A stretch of DNA of 64,000 bases from a bacterium. GTDB lineage: Bacteria > Cyanobacteriota > Vampirovibrionia > LMEP-6097. The first letter of the stretch is position 1. Every line of letters begins with the position of its first letter. This document shows positions 18,797-28,913 of this stretch, piece by piece. The notes beneath the pieces were generated by a model that saw only the letters and a program-made list of their open reading frames with translations, made no database searches and was not told the DNA's origin. The DNA is taken from positions 117,807 to 181,806 of the forward strand of contig JAYQSH010000003.1 in assembly GCA_038146805.1 (NCBI GenBank). Reading direction: 5' to 3'. Both the position numbers and the translations under genes were made by a program.

Positions 18797-21661
18797 ATGG
18801 CTGTGCAAACAAAAGAAAAAGATACTTTATTACTAATTGACGGAAGCAATTTAGCTTTTAGAATGTTTTTTGCACTAGAAATGAGTAACATGAGAGATGC
18901 TCAAGGCAACCCCACTTGGGCGGTATACGGAACCCTCAAAGCTTTATTTGATGTTATCGAACAAACTAAACCAAGCAGTATTGCTGTTGCTTTTGATTTG
19001 CCGCATCCAACTTATCGTCACGAATTATTTGAAGACTACAAAGCAAACAGACCTGATGAAATGCCTGATGAAATGAAACCACAATGGAACCTTATCAAAG
19101 AATGTTTTCGCAAACTTCATGTACCGGTTTTAGAAGAAGCTGGTTTTGAGGCTGATGATTTAATTGGCATTATGACTCAAAAAGCAAGCAAAGAAAATAT
19201 GAAAGTCGTTATTCTTTCTGGAGACAAAGATTTATTTCAACTAGTGGATGAATCAACAAGTATCGCTATGCCAAGACGAGGTGGAGGCTTAGACTTTTAT
19301 GATCCAGAAAAAGTAATAGAAAAGATGGGCGTTACTCCTCGCCAAGTTCCAGACTACAAAGGCATTGCTGGAGATAGTTCTGACAACATTCCGGGCATCA
19401 AAGGCTTAGGTCCTAAAGCCGCTATAAAATTACTTGGTGATTATCAAAATCTTGAAGGTATATATGAAAACATTGACAATGTTACTCCACCAAAAACAAA
19501 AGAAAAACTTATAGAGCAAGAAGACAAAGCCAGATTATCAAAACATTTAGCAACTATTATTGTTGAAGAAGAAGGTGTATCACCAGAAAATCTTGATTTA
19601 GAAAAATGCAAATTAAACCTTCCTGATACAGATGCATTAATTAGTTTTTTGAAAAGTCTACAATTTAACTCAATTCTCAAAAGACTGCCAATAGTTCTCA
19701 AACCTTTTAATCAAGGTGAATTAGTAAAAGTAGACGTTGGTGAACTTAACGAAACAAATACTCAAATTAATCGCCAAAAAAATACTGAAAGATGGGGCAA
19801 TATTGACCAAAGCCTCAAAAATATAGACACAGACAAGAATTTCAAAGCCAACTTGATAAAAGATGCAGCAGATTTAGATTTATTAATCAAAGAATTAGAA
19901 GAACAAAATTTAATTGCAGTTGACTTAGAAACCACTGGCTTAAATACTTTGAATTGTGAAATTGTCGGCTGGGCATTTGCTTACAAAAAGCAAAAAGAAA
20001 TTAAATCATTTTATATTCCTTGCAAACACAATCAAGCAAAAGAACAAATTGATCCAAGTCTAATTCTTGAAAAACTTAAGCCAATACTTGAAGATGAATC
20101 AAAAAAACTTTTAATGCAAAATGCAAAGTTTGAATTGAAAATATTTGAGAGACTTGAAATAAAAATCCATAATAATTTTTTTGATACCATGCTTGCAAGC
20201 TACATATATAATCCAGCAAACAAGCATGGTCTAAAACAACAAGCCAAAAGAATCTTTGCTTTACAAATGACAGAGATTGAAGATATTTTAGGCAGTGGCA
20301 AAAAACAAATCAATATGGCAGATGCCAACTTGGAACAAGTGACTCAATACGCTTGTGCTGATGCTTATATAACCTATAAACTATTTGATTTTTATCAAGA
20401 CAAGCTAGATGCTCGAGAAATAAAAATACTTGAAGAAATCGAATTTCCACTAGTGAATATTTTAAAAAACATCGAAAACCAAGGAGTAAGTCTTGATGTA
20501 GCTTTTTTAGAGACACTTTCAAAAACAATCCATGCAGAAATTGCAGTTATTGAAAAAAGAGTATTTGAACTAGCTCAAGAAGAATTTAACATTGCCTCAC
20601 CTAAACAGCTGGGAGTGATTATGTTTGAAAAACTAGAACTGCCAACAGTTGGCAAAAAGAAAAAGACAGGTTCTTATTCAACTGACATGGGTACTTTAGA
20701 AACCCTTCTCAATGACTATGAATTAGACCCATCTCATGAAGAATTTATCAAACTTATAATTGATTTTAGAACTTTATCTAAGCTCGCTTCAACTTACATT
20801 GATAATTTACCATTTTTAATTGCCAAAGAAGACAACCGTTTACATTCGGATTTCAATCAAGTAGCAACGACAACTGGTCGCTTGAGTTCATCAAATCCAA
20901 ATTTGCAAAATATTCCAATTAAATCTGCTTACGGAAAAGAAATCCGCAAAGCATTTAAAGCCAAAGAAAATAAAACTTTAATTAGCGCAGATTATTCACA
21001 AATTGAATTAAGAGTTTTAGCACACCTTGCAGACGAACAAGCTCTAATAGAAGCTTTTCAAAATGATCAAGATATTCATGCGAGAACAGCTATGGAAATT
21101 TTTGACCTTAAAGAAAATGAAGTCAGTGAAGAGCAAAGAAGAATCGGTAAGACTTTAAACTTTGCTTTGATTTACATGCAAGGCCCTTTTGCAACCGCAA
21201 AACAACTTGGCATTTCTATGTCAGAAGCCAAAAACTTTACTAACACTTACTTCAAAGTTTTTCCAAAAATCAAACCCTTCATGGATAAAACATTAAACGA
21301 TGCTAGACAAAATGAATTCACTGAAACACTTTTTGGTAGAAGAAGATTTTTTAGAAACTTAAATTCAGGAAATAAAATCCTACAAAAAGAAGAAGAAAGA
21401 CAAGCTTTTAACGCAGGTATTCAAGGTACAGCCGCTGATATTATGAAAATAGCCATGATTAATATTGCAAAAAGGCTAGAAAATTATCCGCAAGCAAGTT
21501 TAATTTTACAAGTACACGATGAAATTATTGTAGAAACAGATCTTGAAATCAAAGATGAAATAAAAGCAATTATTGAAGAAGAAATGTCACAAGCAACTGC
21601 ACTTAAAGTTCCACTAAAAGTAGAGGCAGGCGAAGGCGCAAATTGGCTTCTAGCTCATTAA
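18797..21661 (+). CDS. polA: DNA polymerase I
   Basis: 5' nuclease, 3'-5' exonuclease-like and pol A motifs (DYSQIELRVLAH, QVHDEIIVE). Confidence 0.95.
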   Translation: MAVQTKEKDTLLLIDGSNLAFRMFFALEMSNMRDAQGNPTWAVYGTLKALFDVIEQTKPSSIAVAFDLPHPTYRHELFEDYKANRPDEMPDEMKPQWNLIKECFRKLHVPVLEEAGFEADDLIGIMTQKASKENMKVVILSGDKDLFQLVDESTSIAMPRRGGGLDFYDPEKVIEKMGVTPRQVPDYKGIAGDSSDNIPGIKGLGPKAAIKLLGDYQNLEGIYENIDNVTPPKTKEKLIEQEDKARLSKHLATIIVEEEGVSPENLDLEKCKLNLPDTDALISFLKSLQFNSILKRLPIVLKPFNQGELVKVDVGELNETNTQINRQKNTERWGNIDQSLKNIDTDKNFKANLIKDAADLDLLIKELEEQNLIAVDLETTGLNTLNCEIVGWAFAYKKQKEIKSFYIPCKHNQAKEQIDPSLILEKLKPILEDESKKLLMQNAKFELKIFERLEIKIHNNFFDTMLASYIYNPANKHGLKQQAKRIFALQMTEIEDILGSGKKQINMADANLEQVTQYACADAYITYKLFDFYQDKLDAREIKILEEIEFPLVNILKNIENQGVSLDVAFLETLSKTIHAEIAVIEKRVFELAQEEFNIASPKQLGVIMFEKLELPTVGKKKKTGSYSTDMGTLETLLNDYELDPSHEEFIKLIIDFRTLSKLASTYIDNLPFLIAKEDNRLHSDFNQVATTTGRLSSSNPNLQNIPIKSAYGKEIRKAFKAKENKTLISADYSQIELRVLAHLADEQALIEAFQNDQDIHARTAMEIFDLKENEVSEEQRRIGKTLNFALIYMQGPFATAKQLGISMSEAKNFTNTYFKVFPKIKPFMDKTLNDARQNEFTETLFGRRRFFRNLNSGNKILQKEEERQAFNAGIQGTAADIMKIAMINIAKRLENYPQASLILQVHDEIIVETDLEIKDEIKAIIEEEMSQATALKVPLKVEAGEGANWLLAH

Positions 21662-21710
21662 TAATTCACCGAAAAACGAATTATTAAGGACTAAGGACTG
21701 CTAACAAAAA

Positions 21711-22250
21711 TTATTCTTTATCTTTGTCTTGACTATGCCTGTCAAGATTAAAGTCAGATGCTTTTACATCTCTTAAAAACTCTTTAAATTCTTTTCTTGC
21801 TTCAGGGTCAGCAATTGGATCAATATCTTCTGGGCTATCAGAAAGAAACTCAACTTTGGAAGCAACTTCTTCTAAAATCTTTTCTGAAACCATTATAGGC
21901 GCGTCTAATCTAATTGCCAGTGCAATACTGTCAGAAGGTCTTGAGTCGATTGCAAAAACATTTTCTTCACTATCAAGCAAAATTAAAGAAGCAAAAAAAG
22001 TAGAATCTTCATAAGAATTAATTTCTATAGAATCAATTGATGCTTCTAAAGTATCAAGCATATCAACCATCAAATCATGAGTCATAGGTCTTTCAGTTTC
22101 AGACTCACTTAAACCTCTTGCAATTGCCTGCGCTTCAGCTTGGCCAATCCAAATTGGCAAAGTATAGTTTTTTTCTTTGTCGTTTAATATCACAAGCGGG
22201 ATATTCGTACGAATATCGAGAGCAACACCTGTGACAAACATCTCGATCAT
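21711..22250 (-). CDS. bifunctional nuclease (BFN/DUF151) family protein
   Basis: PLVILNDKEKNYTLPIWIGQAEAQAIARGL...RPMTHDLM. Confidence 0.7.
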   Translation of the reverse strand: MIEMFVTGVALDIRTNIPLVILNDKEKNYTLPIWIGQAEAQAIARGLSESETERPMTHDLMVDMLDTLEASIDSIEINSYEDSTFFASLILLDSEENVFAIDSRPSDSIALAIRLDAPIMVSEKILEEVASKVEFLSDSPEDIDPIADPEARKEFKEFLRDVKASDFNLDRHSQDKDKE

Positions 22251-22344
22251 AAGCTTATTATTCCTTGTTATAAATAAAGCTATGCATCCATCAAAGCACC
22301 TAGATCAAAAAAATTAGGTGTAAAAAGCTATAAACAAAGGGGTT

Positions 22345-23739
22345 TTAAAGCTTTTCAGCAAGTAAAACCACATCAATAAGAGCATTTGCCTTATTAAATG
22401 TTTCTTGCCATTCACTCTCCGGGACACTATCAGCAACAACACCTGCGCCAGCTTGTATTGTTATCTTAGTATTTTCGATAAGCATAGTTCGAATCATAAT
22501 TGCAGTATCACAAGTACCATCAAGACCAAAATAACCAATTGCGCCACCATAATAATTTCGAGGATCTTTTTCTAAAGACAATAATTGTTTAATTGCCTCA
22601 ATTTTTGGAGCACCACTTAAAGTACCTGCGGGAAAACTAGCTTTGATCAACTCAACAACAGATTCTGCCTTTGTCATTTTTCTTAAAATGCCAACTACAT
22701 GGGAAACAATATGCATTACATGCGAATAAGTTTCCACGAAAATTTTTTGTGGCACAGATACACTATCGCAAACTCTCGATAAATCATTTCTAGCTAAATC
22801 AATCAGCATAACGTGTTCAGCAATTTCTTTTTTATCATTTAAAAGTTTTTCTTTTAATTCCTCGTCTTTTTTTAAATCATGAGTTCTTCTATAAGTCCCA
22901 GCAATAGGATTAATTTGTGCTTGAATACCATCTGCTGTTTTAGTAGATTTAACCATCATTTCTGGTGAAGAGCCTACTAAAGTTTTAGGACTTTCATCAA
23001 AATAATTAAAGATAAATTGGTATGGAGAAGGATTTACCGTTCTTAAAATTCGATAAATTAGAAATGGATCAGGACTTGAATCAGCAAAATCTTTTATAAA
23101 TTTATGAGAAATGACCATTTGAAAAACTTTACCCTCATAAATAGCATTTTTTGCTTTCTCAACATATGACAAAAATTCTTGTTCACCAGTATTAGAATAA
23201 AAGCCAGTTTTTGCAAATTCATTAACAATAGATTGCTGTACATCAAAATCAACTCTAAGCAAATGTTGATTTTCATCTATTAATTTTTTTATGTCTTCTA
23301 AGTTTGACTTTTGCGTATCATCTAAAACATTTTCAATCAAAAACAATTTATTTTGTACATGATCAAATACAATTAAATTACCAACCAAATACAAAAAAGC
23401 TTTATCATGGTTTTGAACTTTAATACTTGGCTCAATTTCAGTAAATGTTTCAAAAGGTAAAAAACCGACAAAGCCCTTATAAAAAAACGGTAAAACCTCG
23501 TGCTCATCATTATCTGCCAGATTTTCAATCTCTGCTTGCAAACTTTGAAGAATCTGAGTATTGGATATGGTTTTTAAAGCATTAAAACCAATAAAAGAAT
23601 AACGTCCCACTTGCTGAGCTTTAATCACAGACTCAAATAAAAAACAATCTTGATATTTTGACTTGATTTTACTAAAAATACTTATTGGAGTATCTACATC
23701 ATTGACTAACTCTAAATATCTAGTGTGTATTTTTTTCAT
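22345..23739 (-). CDS. chorismate-utilising enzyme, anthranilate/aminodeoxychorismate synthase component I
   Basis: C-terminal chorismate-binding motifs GAPKIEAIKQL, GGAIGYFGLDG, IRTM, AGAGVVADS. No adjacent glutaminase subunit. Confidence 0.75.
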   Translation of the reverse strand: MKKIHTRYLELVNDVDTPISIFSKIKSKYQDCFLFESVIKAQQVGRYSFIGFNALKTISNTQILQSLQAEIENLADNDEHEVLPFFYKGFVGFLPFETFTEIEPSIKVQNHDKAFLYLVGNLIVFDHVQNKLFLIENVLDDTQKSNLEDIKKLIDENQHLLRVDFDVQQSIVNEFAKTGFYSNTGEQEFLSYVEKAKNAIYEGKVFQMVISHKFIKDFADSSPDPFLIYRILRTVNPSPYQFIFNYFDESPKTLVGSSPEMMVKSTKTADGIQAQINPIAGTYRRTHDLKKDEELKEKLLNDKKEIAEHVMLIDLARNDLSRVCDSVSVPQKIFVETYSHVMHIVSHVVGILRKMTKAESVVELIKASFPAGTLSGAPKIEAIKQLLSLEKDPRNYYGGAIGYFGLDGTCDTAIMIRTMLIENTKITIQAGAGVVADSVPESEWQETFNKANALIDVVLLAEKL

Positions 23740-26586
23740 TTATGCATTTATTGGTTTTGAATCATCTTTTTCAACAACTTGAGAGTGAAATAACAAAACA
23801 ACAGTATGTCTTTTGATATCTTCTAACAAATCATCAAACATATCAAAACTTTCTTTTTTATATTCGATTAAAGGATCTTTTTGACCATAACTTTGCAAAT
23901 GAATACCTTCTTTTAAACTATCCATTGAATGTAAGTGATTAATCCATTTTGAATCTATTACATGAAGCATTATTTGCCTTTCTGCTTCAGCTAAAACTTC
24001 ATGCCCTAAGCTTTCTTCTTTAGCATTAAATAAATTAAACACTGCTGTCTTTAATTGATGTAACATTGCTGAAAAATCTTTAGTTCTAAAACTTTCTATA
24101 TCTTCAACATCATGTAAAACCTCAGCCCCAAAATCATTTTTATAAGTTTCAAAGATAGTGGCAATCGGTGATAAACCATTACTATCATCAAACCAAATCT
24201 CTGGCGGAGTATTCGGGTTAATATGTGAATAACAAATATTTTCAGCATGACTATCTATCATTTTTAAAATATTGTCATGGATATCATCACCATTTAAAAT
24301 CTGTCTGCGTTCTCTATAAATAACCTCTCTTTGAGTGTTCACAACATCATCAAATTGCAAAACATGTTTCCTAATATCAAAATTATGAGATTCAACTTTC
24401 TTTTGAGAATTATTAATTGCACCACTAATCAAACCAGCCTCAATTGGTAAATCTTCATCTGCATTAAGCATAGTCATAATTGCCTGAATTTTTTCACCAC
24501 CGAAAATTCTCATTAAGCTATCTTCTAAAGACAAGAAAAACTTAGACTTACCCGGATCACCCTGACGCGCACAACGACCACGTAATTGATTATCAATACG
24601 ACGACTTTCATGCCTCTCGCTACCAATTACATACAAGCCACCAGCTTCAATAATTTTTGCTTGATCCTCTAAATCAACAACATTATAATCAGCAGAATTA
24701 GGATCGTTTGACTTATGACCACCCAAGATGATATCTGTACCTCTACCTGCCATGTTTGTTGCAATAGTTACAGCTCCCAAACGACCTGCTTCTCGGATAA
24801 TTTGTGCTTCTTGTTTATGATTTTTTGCATTTAAAACACTAAACTTAATTTTTTTTCTAACTGCAGTTAACACATCAATAGTATTTGTTACTGTTTCAAG
24901 AGCAAAACTCGCATCTTCATTTAATTTAACGGCACTATTAATTTCAGTTGCAATTTGAGACCATTTTTCATCAGTTAGATTTGCTGGTCTATCTAAAAGT
25001 TTTTTTGCTTCAGCACTTAAGCCAGTAAAATTTGCTTTTTGCAGATGCTTGAACAAACGTGCAAGTCTAAATTGAAGAAGTTGTAAACTCAAATTTGGTT
25101 TAGAAAGGATTGCCGCTATTGCCTCAGATTTTTCAATACTTGTTGTTCCAACTAGTACTGGAACACCTGATTTATGAGCTTTTATAACTTCTTCAACGAC
25201 AGCATAAAACTTTGCAAACTCCGTTTTGTAGACAACATCATTTAAATTTTGTCTTTGATTTGGTTTATTCGTTGGAATTGTTAGAACTGATAGATTATAA
25301 ATTTTTTCAAATTCCTCAGCTTCTGTCAAAGCTGTACCAGTCATACCTGAAAGCTTAGGATAAAGCCTAAATAAATTTTGAAAAGTAATACTTGCCATGG
25401 TTAGAGTTTCTTCTTGAATTGAAACTCCTTCTTTTGCTTCAATAGCTTGGTGTAAACCATCTCCCCAACGTCTACCTTCCATCAGTCTTCCAGTAAATTC
25501 ATCAACAATAATTACTTCTTTTTTTCTAGTTTCAGCATTTGCTTTAACTATATAATCTGAATCTTTTACATATAAATCTTTTGCTCTTAATGCTTGAATA
25601 ATATGGTGCGCTAAATTATACTCAGGGTTCCATAAATCATCTACATTCAAAATTTGCTCAGCATTTTTAATACCAAGGTCCGTCAAAATTACATTTTTTG
25701 CTTTTTCATCTAAGTAATAATCAGCTTTTTCAGCTTTTTCGTTTTCACCTTTAACTAATTTCTTTGCAACTTTCTGACAAGCCAAATAAATATCACTTTT
25801 TTGTGTATCTGGAAGCCCACTAATAATTAATGGTGTTCTTGCTTCATCAATCAAAATACTATCAACCTCATCAATGATTGCCATGTAATATGGTCTCTGC
25901 ACACAATCTTCAACATCAGTTTCCATATTGTCTCTCAAATAATCAAAGCCAAATTCATTATTGGTACCATAGGTTATGTCACAGGCATATGCTTGTTTTC
26001 TTTCTTCAGGTTTTTTTCCCGCAACAATCAAGCCAGTTGTTAATCCAAGCCAAGAGTAAAGTTTACCCATCCATTGTGAATCTCTCTGTGCCAAATAATC
26101 ATTTACTGTTACTACATGCACTCCGCGACCACTTAAAGCATTGAGGTAAGCTGCAAGAGTACACACCAATGTTTTACCTTCACCGGTTTGCATCTCAGCA
26201 ATACCACCATTATGCAATTGAATACCACCTATTAATTGCACGTCAAAATGACGCATCTTTAAAACTCTTTTAGAGGCTTCTCTACAAACTGCAAAAGCTT
26301 CCGGCAAAATTTCTTCTAAAGTTTCAGCAAGCACCTTATCATGACTTGTTCTAACTTGCCCCGGCATTTTTGCAACATCATCTGGAATAAATTTTTCAAA
26401 TTTAACAGCTGAAATTTTTTCTTGAATTTTATTTTTAAATTCTTGAGTTTTAGATTGCAGTTCACTATCGCTTAGCTGTTCAATTTCTTTTTCAAGAGAA
26501 TTAATATGATCAACCAAGGGTCTAATCCTTTTGAGATTATTCTCGTTAATATTTCCAGAAAAAAAACTTAAAACTTTTTCAAACAC
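23740..26586 (-). CDS. secA: preprotein translocase ATPase SecA
   Basis: MQTGEGKTLV, DEVDSILIDEARTPLIISG, TNMAGRGTDI. Confidence 0.95.
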   Translation of the reverse strand: MFEKVLSFFSGNINENNLKRIRPLVDHINSLEKEIEQLSDSELQSKTQEFKNKIQEKISAVKFEKFIPDDVAKMPGQVRTSHDKVLAETLEEILPEAFAVCREASKRVLKMRHFDVQLIGGIQLHNGGIAEMQTGEGKTLVCTLAAYLNALSGRGVHVVTVNDYLAQRDSQWMGKLYSWLGLTTGLIVAGKKPEERKQAYACDITYGTNNEFGFDYLRDNMETDVEDCVQRPYYMAIIDEVDSILIDEARTPLIISGLPDTQKSDIYLACQKVAKKLVKGENEKAEKADYYLDEKAKNVILTDLGIKNAEQILNVDDLWNPEYNLAHHIIQALRAKDLYVKDSDYIVKANAETRKKEVIIVDEFTGRLMEGRRWGDGLHQAIEAKEGVSIQEETLTMASITFQNLFRLYPKLSGMTGTALTEAEEFEKIYNLSVLTIPTNKPNQRQNLNDVVYKTEFAKFYAVVEEVIKAHKSGVPVLVGTTSIEKSEAIAAILSKPNLSLQLLQFRLARLFKHLQKANFTGLSAEAKKLLDRPANLTDEKWSQIATEINSAVKLNEDASFALETVTNTIDVLTAVRKKIKFSVLNAKNHKQEAQIIREAGRLGAVTIATNMAGRGTDIILGGHKSNDPNSADYNVVDLEDQAKIIEAGGLYVIGSERHESRRIDNQLRGRCARQGDPGKSKFFLSLEDSLMRIFGGEKIQAIMTMLNADEDLPIEAGLISGAINNSQKKVESHNFDIRKHVLQFDDVVNTQREVIYRERRQILNGDDIHDNILKMIDSHAENICYSHINPNTPPEIWFDDSNGLSPIATIFETYKNDFGAEVLHDVEDIESFRTKDFSAMLHQLKTAVFNLFNAKEESLGHEVLAEAERQIMLHVIDSKWINHLHSMDSLKEGIHLQSYGQKDPLIEYKKESFDMFDDLLEDIKRHTVVLLFHSQVVEKDDSKPINA

Positions 26587-26703
26587 CGCAATACATTATA
26601 TCAAGTATTTGCCAAACTTAGTTTTCGAAAATATTAAAATTCTTTCTTAACGTATTTGGTTTGAGGACACGTCCATAAAAGAAAATTCTAAACAAAACAA
26701 GTC

Positions 26704-27602
26704 TTACTCAAAGTCTTTCATTATGACTTTCAACTTTTGTAAAGCTTTCATATGTAACTGAGATGCTCTTGATTCAGACACGCCTAAAATCTCACCAATC
26801 TCTTTAAAAGTTAATTTTTGATAGTGATACAAAGCAACAACGAGTCTATCTCTTTTTTGCAAACTATCAATTGCTTGAGCAAGTTTTTCTTTGAGTAAAA
26901 TTCTCTCAACCATTTCTTCTTGAGTCATTTCATCAGAAGCAATACTGTCAACTAATGTTGATTTTGAATCTTCAAATGGTTTTGTCACATCTGCACTATC
27001 TAAAGAATAAACATTTACATTTACTTGAGCCATTATTTTACGGTAATCAGCTTCAGAGAGATTTAATGACTTCATCATCTCTTCATCCGTAGGGGCTCTT
27101 CCTAATTTTGCCTCAAGCTCATTATAAGCCGCTTGATATCTTTTTACTCTAGTTCTAGAAGTTCTACTTAAAAAATCTCTAGATCTAAGAAAATCTAAAA
27201 CTTCACCTCTAATTCTGTTAATTGCAAAAGTCTCAAAAGAACAATTTTGATCTGGATTATATCTATCAACGGCTTCAATTAAACCTAAACAACCATAACC
27301 AATCAAATCATCTTTATCAAAGTCAGCAGTTTCAATTTTCGGGAAACGACCAATAACCCACTTAACTAAATAAGAAAATTTTGTAATTAATTGATCTCTT
27401 ATGTAAGCAGGTTTTTTATCAGAAACATATTTAGCCCAAAGTCTTCTAGACTCTTCTTTATCTTTTAACTTTTCAGCATCACTAATATTTTTAATTTCAT
27501 GTCATGTTTCTTTGTTAAAAGATCATCCTCTTTAACATCAGTAGTTACTACTGCTGAAGCAATAATATTTTTTTTATTTAAATTGTTATTATTGTCTTTC
27601 AT
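26704..27602 (-). pseudogene. group 3 (FliA/SigF-like) sigma factor interrupted by a 5-bp tandem duplication
   Basis: Regions 2.2-4 lie in 26704..27306. Regions 1.2/2.1 (RRLWAKYV...LVKWVIGRF...DLIGYG) continue upstream with no start codon up to a TGA at 27502-27504. ATG at 27602 opens another frame. Removing one TCATG copy (27497-27506) joins them into 297 aa. Confidence 0.7.
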
Positions 27603-27603
27603 C

Positions 27604-27969
27604 TTAACCTTCTGACATGATTTCTAATTTTGATTCTCTAAGTTCAATTTGTTCTTGTAACAATCTACGTTTCTTTTGCTTCGACATTTCCAAATCTAAG
27701 AAATGTTTTCTTTGCAAAACATTAGAAATCAAAGCTCCAATACAGTATCCCAAAATGGCGCATCCTAATATTGGAAATAGACTAACTACAAAAAATCTTT
27801 TAAATGTAAAAGCTTCAAAACTTCTTTCATTTACATAGAAAAAAAAATTAACCGCAAATGATAGAGTTGCAAAAAGGATTGTAAATTTTAAAGAGTAGTT
27901 TTTAAAATTTTTGTACCTTTTGAATAACTCATCTTTTGCTTCTTTTATTTTTTCCATTTCGACATTCAT
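27604..27969 (-). CDS. small membrane protein (2 TM plus C-terminal coiled coil)
   Basis: Hydrophobic helices FTILFATLSFAVNFFFYV and LFPILGCAILGYCIGALI. Its stop lies 1 nt from the sigma factor ATG. Confidence 0.5.
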   Translation of the reverse strand: MNVEMEKIKEAKDELFKRYKNFKNYSLKFTILFATLSFAVNFFFYVNERSFEAFTFKRFFVVSLFPILGCAILGYCIGALISNVLQRKHFLDLEMSKQKKRRLLQEQIELRESKLEIMSEG

Positions 27970-28118
27970 ATTTATTTGTCTACATTAGTTTTATTCCAAT
28001 AGCACCAAGGTTTTTTAAGTCAGTCCAATGATTGAAATTACAAATAAAAACAAGTAAAAAAATTATTTAGCAAAAACTAAATAGTCTAAAAGGTTTATAT
28101 TAAAAAGATTGCAAATCC

Positions 28119-28895
28119 TTATAAATAGAGTAATGGGGTGAGGATACCATCCATGATAATCACGCCCATAATAACAATTGCTGTTGCTTTAGTTGTCGTC
28201 ATGCCAACTTCTTTTGCACCACCCTCGCACTTAAGTCCCATGACAATATGTACTAAGATACAAAAAATAGCGAAAATTTCTATTTTTATCAAAGGTAAAA
28301 TATAATCTTTAATTTCTACAAGCTTCCAAGCAGAATCTAAAAACTCAATCATCTCAAGATCTACAGCAAGCTTGGCGACTGTCATTCCAGCAAAAACAGA
28401 AATCACAGAACTAATTGCCAAAACAAAAGGCATCATGATCATAACCGATAATAAGGCTGGAACCAATAAATAATAAAGTGGGTCAATTTTTAAAACTTTT
28501 AATACATCAATTTGCTCTGTAACCTGCATAACAGAAACTTCAGAAGTAAATGCTGTTCCACATCGAGCAGCAAGCCCGAAGGCAATAAAAACTGGAACCA
28601 TCTCCCTCAAATTAGCTAGAACAATTAGTGGACCAATTAAATCTCGACCACCTTGTTTTACTAGTTCAATCGAAGTATTTAAAGTTAAAATCGAAGTACC
28701 AATAACAATCAAGATTAAAATCATTGGTAAGGATTCATATGAAATCAAGGCCGCTTTACTGATTGTTTCTTTGAGTGGTATTCTGCCATTTGCAATCATC
28801 TTCATAGATTTAAAGAAAGCAGGTGTGATACTTCCAATAATTTCTAAAAAACTTGCCTTATGAGCTGGATTTGGTGGGGCAAAATTTGCAGACAT
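28119..28895 (-). CDS. mlaE: MlaE/YrbE-type ABC transporter permease
   Basis: Conserved MlaE core REMVPVFIAFGLAARCGTAFTSEVSVMQVTEQIDVLKVLKIDP. Confidence 0.8.
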   Translation of the reverse strand: MSANFAPPNPAHKASFLEIIGSITPAFFKSMKMIANGRIPLKETISKAALISYESLPMILILIVIGTSILTLNTSIELVKQGGRDLIGPLIVLANLREMVPVFIAFGLAARCGTAFTSEVSVMQVTEQIDVLKVLKIDPLYYLLVPALLSVMIMMPFVLAISSVISVFAGMTVAKLAVDLEMIEFLDSAWKLVEIKDYILPLIKIEIFAIFCILVHIVMGLKCEGGAKEVGMTTTKATAIVIMGVIIMDGILTPLLYL

Positions 28896-28913
28896 GGTTA
28901 TAATTTTATAACA

